From assembly GCA_001464425.1 (NCBI GenBank), contig LNEK01000042.1, positions 70,841 to 134,840 on the forward strand: a DNA stretch of 64,000 nucleotides, written 5' to 3'. A program made the translations under genes and the position numbers. How positions within the stretch are numbered: the stretch's first letter is position 1; the number at the start of each line of letters is the position of its first letter. Under the pieces are notes generated by a model. The model saw only the letters and a program-made list of their open reading frames with translations, searched no databases and was not told where the DNA came from. This document shows, piece by piece, positions 59,665-64,000 of the stretch. Source of the DNA: Alphaproteobacteria bacterium Ga0077535. Lineage in GTDB: Bacteria; Pseudomonadota; Alphaproteobacteria; Caulobacterales; Aquidulcibacteraceae.

Positions 59665-60564
59665 ATGACATTGCTTGATGGCGGCGCCGCGCCGACTGAT
59701 CTCGTGAAAGAAGGTTCCGACCAAGGCTTCATGGCCGATGTCGTCGAAGCCTCGCGCGAGCAGCCGGTGATCGTCGATTTCTGGGCGCCGTGGTGCGGCC
59801 CCTGCCGACAACTCGGGCCGCCGCTCGAAAAAGCGGTGCGCGACGCCGGCGGCAAGGTGAAGCTGGTGAAGATCAATATCGATGAACACCCAGGCGTCGC
59901 CGGCCAACTCGGCGTGCGGTCGATCCCGGCCGTCTACGCATTCGATCAGGGCCGGCCGATCGACGGCTTCATGGGCGCGTTGCCAGAAAGCCAGATCAAG
60001 CTCTTCGTTGATCGCCTCGGCGGCGCCGACATGACGGCGGAAATCGAACCGCTGCTCGCGCAAGCCGCGGAATCGCTCAAGCTCGGCGACATTGGCGGCG
60101 CAGCGCAAGGCTACGCCGCCGTGCTGCAGCTCGATCCTGAAAACGTCAAAGCCATCGCCGGCATGGCGCGCATTGCGCTCAACGCAGGCGATCCAGAACA
60201 GGCGCGCGAAATCCTCGAACACGCGCCGCCGGAAAAAGCGAACGATTCAGACATCGCCAGCGTCCGCGCCGCGCTCGAACTCTCAGCCAACGCCGAAGCC
60301 GTCGGCGACAATGACGAACTCGGCGCCGCCGTCGCCGCCAATCCGAACGATTGGCAAGCCCGCTTCGATTACGCCGAGGCGCTCTCCGCGCGCGGCGATC
60401 TCGAAAAGGCGAGCGAACAATTGCTCGCCATCATCGAGGGCAATCGCGAGTGGAACGAAGGCGCCGCCCGCGCGCAATTGCTGAAAGTGTTCGAAGCCGC
60501 CGGACCGATGTCCGAAGTCACCAAACAGGGACGCCGCAAGCTGTCGGCGATTTTGTTCTCATGA
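59665..60564 (+). CDS. Thioredoxin-domain plus TPR co-chaperone (YbbN/CnoX-like)
   Basis: 299 aa. WAPWCGPC thioredoxin motif; C-terminal TPR-like region. Confidence 0.88.
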   Translation: MTLLDGGAAPTDLVKEGSDQGFMADVVEASREQPVIVDFWAPWCGPCRQLGPPLEKAVRDAGGKVKLVKINIDEHPGVAGQLGVRSIPAVYAFDQGRPIDGFMGALPESQIKLFVDRLGGADMTAEIEPLLAQAAESLKLGDIGGAAQGYAAVLQLDPENVKAIAGMARIALNAGDPEQAREILEHAPPEKANDSDIASVRAALELSANAEAVGDNDELGAAVAANPNDWQARFDYAEALSARGDLEKASEQLLAIIEGNREWNEGAARAQLLKVFEAAGPMSEVTKQGRRKLSAILFS

Positions 60565-61217
60565 GCGCATTCGGTTATCGCAAACCCGGCGACCTGCCGC
60601 AGGCCATCCCGCTGTTTCCGCTGACCAGCGCGATCCTGATGCCGCGCGGCGTGCTGGCGCTCAACATTTTCGAGCCGCGCTATCTCAACATGATCGATGA
60701 CGCGCTCGGCGGCGAGCGCCTGATCGGGATGGTGCAACCGGCCATGGGCGACGAAGGCGAGCCCGTGCCGCAACTCTGCGATGTCGGCACGCTGGGCCGC
60801 ATCACCTCGTTCAACGAAACCGAAGACGGCCGCTATCTCGTCACGCTGACGGGAGTTTGCCGCTTCGATGTCGAGCAAGAGTTGGAAGTGGATTCGCCGT
60901 ATCGCCAGGCGCTCGTAAGCTACGAAGCGTTCGCGGATGACTTCGCTCAATCGCCAGGACGCTCCATCGATCGCGGTGCGCTGCTGGCGTCGCTGAAAAC
61001 TTACGCCGCCTTGCACGGCTTCCAGGTCGACTGGAACGCGGTCGAGCAAGCGCCGACGGAAACCATCATCAACGTTGCCGCGCAAATCTGCCCCTTCGAC
61101 GCCGCATCCAAGCAAGCGCTGCTGGAAACCATCACGCTCGAAGAGCGCGCGCGCGCTCTCGTCACGCTGCTCGAATGGGATTCCGCGTCCAACGATCCGG
61201 ACCGCCCGATCCAATGA
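60561..61217 (+). CDS. LON N-terminal substrate-binding domain protein
   Basis: Track ORF 60351..61217, trimmed to ATG 60561 (ATGA overlap with the upstream stop). IPLFPL...[19 protein letters not shown]. Confidence 0.85.
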   Translation: MSAFGYRKPGDLPQAIPLFPLTSAILMPRGVLALNIFEPRYLNMIDDALGGERLIGMVQPAMGDEGEPVPQLCDVGTLGRITSFNETEDGRYLVTLTGVCRFDVEQELEVDSPYRQALVSYEAFADDFAQSPGRSIDRGALLASLKTYAALHGFQVDWNAVEQAPTETIINVAAQICPFDAASKQALLETITLEERARALVTLLEWDSASNDPDRPIQ

Positions 61218-61396
61218 GCGAACCCGATCCGAAACTGCTCGAAGTGCTGGTGTGCCCGCAAACCCGAACGCCGCTGCGCTACGACCGCGAACGCCAGGAA
61301 CTGATCAGCGAACGCGCCCGCCTCGCCTATCCCGTGCGCGACGGCGTCCCGATCATGCTGATCGACGAAGCGCGCGAACTGGGAGCGGACGAATGA
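61214..61396 (+). CDS. Trm112/UPF0434-family small protein
   Basis: Track ORF 61175..61396, trimmed to ATG 61214 (ATGA overlap). [14 protein letters not shown]...[15 protein letters not shown]. Confidence 0.85.
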   Translation: MSEPDPKLLEVLVCPQTRTPLRYDRERQELISERARLAYPVRDGVPIMLIDEARELGADE

Positions 61397-61767
61397 GCGC
61401 CGAACCCGTAACCCGCCCCTGGCCCACCGATCTCGTCTTCGATCGCACCGCCAAAGCCTTGATCATCGCCTTCGACGACGGCGAGATGTTCGAAATCCCG
61501 TTTGAGCTCCTCCGCGTCGAAAGCCCGAGCGCTGAGAACAAGGGCCACGGCCCCAATCCGCCGCCGCCCGTCACCGGCAAAGCCAACGTCAACGTCGTGA
61601 AAGCCGACGCCGTCGGCCGCTACGCCGTGCGCATCAGCTTCGACGACGGCCACGACACCGGCCTCTTCTCCTGGGATCTGCTCTACGATCTCGGGGCACA
61701 CAAAGAAGAACGCCTGCGCGTTTACCGTGAAACGCTGGCGCAGCGCGCGCTGCGGGATGAGGCTTAG
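61393..61767 (+). CDS. DUF971-family protein
   Basis: Track ORF 61075..61767, trimmed to ATG 61393 (ATGA overlap). [26 protein letters not shown]...[25 protein letters not shown]. Confidence 0.8.
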   Translation: MSAEPVTRPWPTDLVFDRTAKALIIAFDDGEMFEIPFELLRVESPSAENKGHGPNPPPPVTGKANVNVVKADAVGRYAVRISFDDGHDTGLFSWDLLYDLGAHKEERLRVYRETLAQRALRDEA

Positions 61768-61982
61768 TGCCGACGAAAGCGGACAAGGCGGAGCTCCTCG
61801 AGATCCAGCGCAACGCCCTCAAAGTCGCCCGCGAGAACGGCGGCCTCATGGTTTTCATCGGCGCGCACGCTCAGGGCGCTGGCGTTCGCTACGTCTGCAT
61901 TCAGTGCAAGCGCAGCGATGACCTCGTAAACGATCCGGGCGTGAGCAATTTGCGCTGCCCCGATTGCGAGCCTGCGGGCTGA
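61767..61982 (+). CDS. Small putative zinc-ribbon protein
   Basis: 71 aa. GTG overlaps the DUF971 stop (TAGTG). CIQC...CPDC pairs. Confidence 0.5.
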   Translation: MPTKADKAELLEIQRNALKVARENGGLMVFIGAHAQGAGVRYVCIQCKRSDDLVNDPGVSNLRCPDCEPAG

Positions 61983-62064
61983 CACCCAATCATGCTTAAT
62001 TCGCGCCGCGTTGCGCGAAGCAATTGGTGCGCACACGCACCTCCGCGTAATCTCCCGCGAATCT

Positions 62065-63609
62065 ATGCCGCTCGCACCCCATTCCGCGCTCGATTCCGAG
62101 TTTGACGTCTGCGTCGTTGGCGCAGGGCCAGCCGGACTCGCATGCGCGTTCGATCTGCACGATTCCGGCCTCAAAGTCGCGCTGCTCGAAGCCGGCGGCG
62201 CCAATCCCATCCCCGGCGAGCCCGACGTGCGCGCCGCCGAAATCGCGCATCCGGAGTTTCACGATCCGGTCGACATCGTCGCCGCCTCCGCGCTCGGCGG
62301 CTCGACGCATTGGTGGGGCGGCCGCAGCGTGCCGTTCGACCCCGTCGATTTCCGCCATTGGCCCCTCAGCTACAATGAGCTACTCCCCTGGTGGGACAAA
62401 GCCGCCGATTTCCTCGGCAGCAAATCCGTCAGCGAAAGCGCGCCGCCACCAGCGTTCGCAAAACTCAAAACCTTCGACGCAACGCGCGACGAATGCTGGG
62501 GCCCCGAACTCAACATGGGTCGCCGCTGGCGCCAACGCATCGCCGCCGCCGACGGCCCCGCCATCTTCACCAACGCGCGCGTCACCGGCATCGCCCGCGA
62601 CGGCGCTCGCGTCACCGGCGTCAAACTCGGCGACCGCACATTGCGCGCGAAGAAAGTCGTCCTCACCAGCGGCGGCCTCGGCACACTGAAGTTGCTGCTG
62701 CTCATGCAACGCGAAACACCGGGCGCCTTCAGCGACGCACTCGGCCGCGGCTACATGGGCCACCTCACCGGCTCGATCGCCCTCATTGCGCCAACCGACC
62801 GCGCCGACGTGCAAGCCTTCACCCCGCGCGACATCGGCGGCCAAGTCTACGCACGCCGCCGCATGCGCCCCACGCCGCAGACAATCACCGAAAATAACAT
62901 CGTCAACATCGCCTTCTGGTTCGAAAATGGCGGCGCGAACAATCCCGAACACGGCGACGCCACCGCCTCCGCGCGCTATCTCGCCACCCGCATGATGCGC
63001 TTCGGCCGCGGCGAAGGCGCGCTCGGGCCCCACGTCGCCAACGTCATGCGCGCGCCGCTCAGCGCCACATCCGGGCTCGCCACCGCAGCTTACCTCTTAG
63101 CCGCCGCGCGTCTCACCGGCCGCCATCCGCGCCACACGCGTCTCACGCCCGCCGCCGCCAACGCCTGGCGCCTCGATTATCACGCCGAACAGCCGCCGAA
63201 CGCCGACAACCGCATCTCGCTCGCCGACACGCTCGACTCCGCCGGCTTGCCGAAACTCAAAATCGATTTCCGCATGCACGACGAAGAAATCGAAGCCGTG
63301 GTGCGCGCGCACGAACTCCTCGACGCTGATCTGCAACACGCTAACGCCGGCAAACTCGTCTTCGCCGGCGATCACGCCGAACGCATCGCCAGCGTCCGCG
63401 CCGCCGCCCGCGACGGCTACCACCAACTCGGCGGCGCCGCGATGGGCAATGATGCGCACAGCATCGTCGATACCAATCTCGCGGTCCGCAATGTCGAAGG
63501 TCTCTACGTGGCATCCGGCAGCGTGTTTCCAAGCGGCGGCCAAGCCAACCCCACGCTCACTATTGTAGCGCTGGCTCGCAGGTTAGCGGCGCACGTCGCA
63601 CACGAATGA
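62065..63609 (+). CDS. GMC-family FAD-dependent oxidoreductase
   Basis: Track ORF 62011..63609, trimmed to ATG 62065. FAD motif DVCVVGAGPAGLA. C-terminal GMC motif LYVASGSVFPSGGQANPTLTIVALA. Confidence 0.85.
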   Translation: MPLAPHSALDSEFDVCVVGAGPAGLACAFDLHDSGLKVALLEAGGANPIPGEPDVRAAEIAHPEFHDPVDIVAASALGGSTHWWGGRSVPFDPVDFRHWPLSYNELLPWWDKAADFLGSKSVSESAPPPAFAKLKTFDATRDECWGPELNMGRRWRQRIAAADGPAIFTNARVTGIARDGARVTGVKLGDRTLRAKKVVLTSGGLGTLKLLLLMQRETPGAFSDALGRGYMGHLTGSIALIAPTDRADVQAFTPRDIGGQVYARRRMRPTPQTITENNIVNIAFWFENGGANNPEHGDATASARYLATRMMRFGRGEGALGPHVANVMRAPLSATSGLATAAYLLAAARLTGRHPRHTRLTPAAANAWRLDYHAEQPPNADNRISLADTLDSAGLPKLKIDFRMHDEEIEAVVRAHELLDADLQHANAGKLVFAGDHAERIASVRAAARDGYHQLGGAAMGNDAHSIVDTNLAVRNVEGLYVASGSVFPSGGQANPTLTIVALARRLAAHVAHE

Positions 63610-63619
63610 GCACAGACAC

Positions 63620-63673
63620 CCTTCTCCTGGTTAAGGAGAAGGTGGCCCGCCGAAGCTTCAGCGAAGGCGGGCC
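63620..63673. repeat. REP-like double hairpin (possible terminator) after the GMC oxidoreductase gene
   Basis: CCTTCTCC-N7-GGAGAAGG (63620-63642) followed by GGCCCGCC-N14-GGCGGGCC (63644-63673), then GGATGAGG. Confidence 0.55.
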
Positions 63674-63776
63674 GGATGAGGTTTACCGGCGTATGCGGAG
63701 GGAGTGCCGCTTGTCCGCTTTTTCGCCGGGAGCGGACATTGGGATTGCGAGCCGCGTGCGCTATTATGTGCCGAAC

Positions 63777-64000
63777 ATGAAGTACGAGCGAGTGTACGCG
63801 GTCTGGGATTTTTACGACGGGGTGCGCACCGGCATTGCCGACCTGAGTGGTGCGCCGCATTACCTTGCATCGCTGTTCGATGAAGTCGCCGACGAGCACT
63901 CCGACAACTTCAAACTCTACCCAGTGGATGCCGAGTTCATGGAACGGGCCATGCGGAATTTGGCGATCTATCGGGCTTGGGAGCGCCGCTTCCATAGTGG
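63777..64000 (+). CDS. Hypothetical protein, 5' part only (runs off window)
   Basis: Not in track (no stop). ATG 63777 opens MKYERVYAVWDFYDGVRTGIADLSGAPHYLASLFDEVADEHSDNFKLYPVDAEFMERAMRNLAIYRAWERRFHS. GC3-rich; family unknown. Confidence 0.45.
   Translation, partial: MKYERVYAVWDFYDGVRTGIADLSGAPHYLASLFDEVADEHSDNFKLYPVDAEFMERAMRNLAIYRAWERRFHS

Overview
High-GC, GC3-rich bacterial chromosomal segment. Gene content and order look alphaproteobacterial: mutM / ubiE-ubiB-coaBC ... dut; fabA-fabB ... fabI; rimP-nusA-ylxR-infB-rbfA-truB-rpsO-pnp; prkA-yeaH-spoVR; a PodJ-N-like coiled-coil protein; DUF2946 plus a TonB-dependent receptor. I can support about 70 protein genes, almost all housekeeping or metabolic, and one tRNA-Gly(GCC). 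I see no rRNA, CRISPR array, transposase, integrase, phage structural gene, reverse transcriptase or recognisable defence system. Many long ORFs in the track are antisense or N-terminally extended artefacts typical of high-GC DNA. I did not find a convincing new multi-gene system. The weak best candidate is the tRNA-Gly-linked locus at 52.4-59.1 kb: M16 peptidase, an unannotated small ORF, a TPR-sulfotransferase, and two tandem DUF6065-like paralogs. The clearest unusual signals are coding-sequence lesions in conserved genes. fabB has lost about 44 nt and is frameshifted. A GH13 alpha-glucosidase lacks conserved region I through an in-frame loss of about 42 nt. trmB carries an in-frame REP/MITE-like palindromic insertion of about 100 nt. 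In addition, a ParE-type toxin-antitoxin pair sits antisense inside the rbfA-truB junction of the nusA-infB superoperon. All family assignments come from motif recognition by eye and memory; no searches were run.
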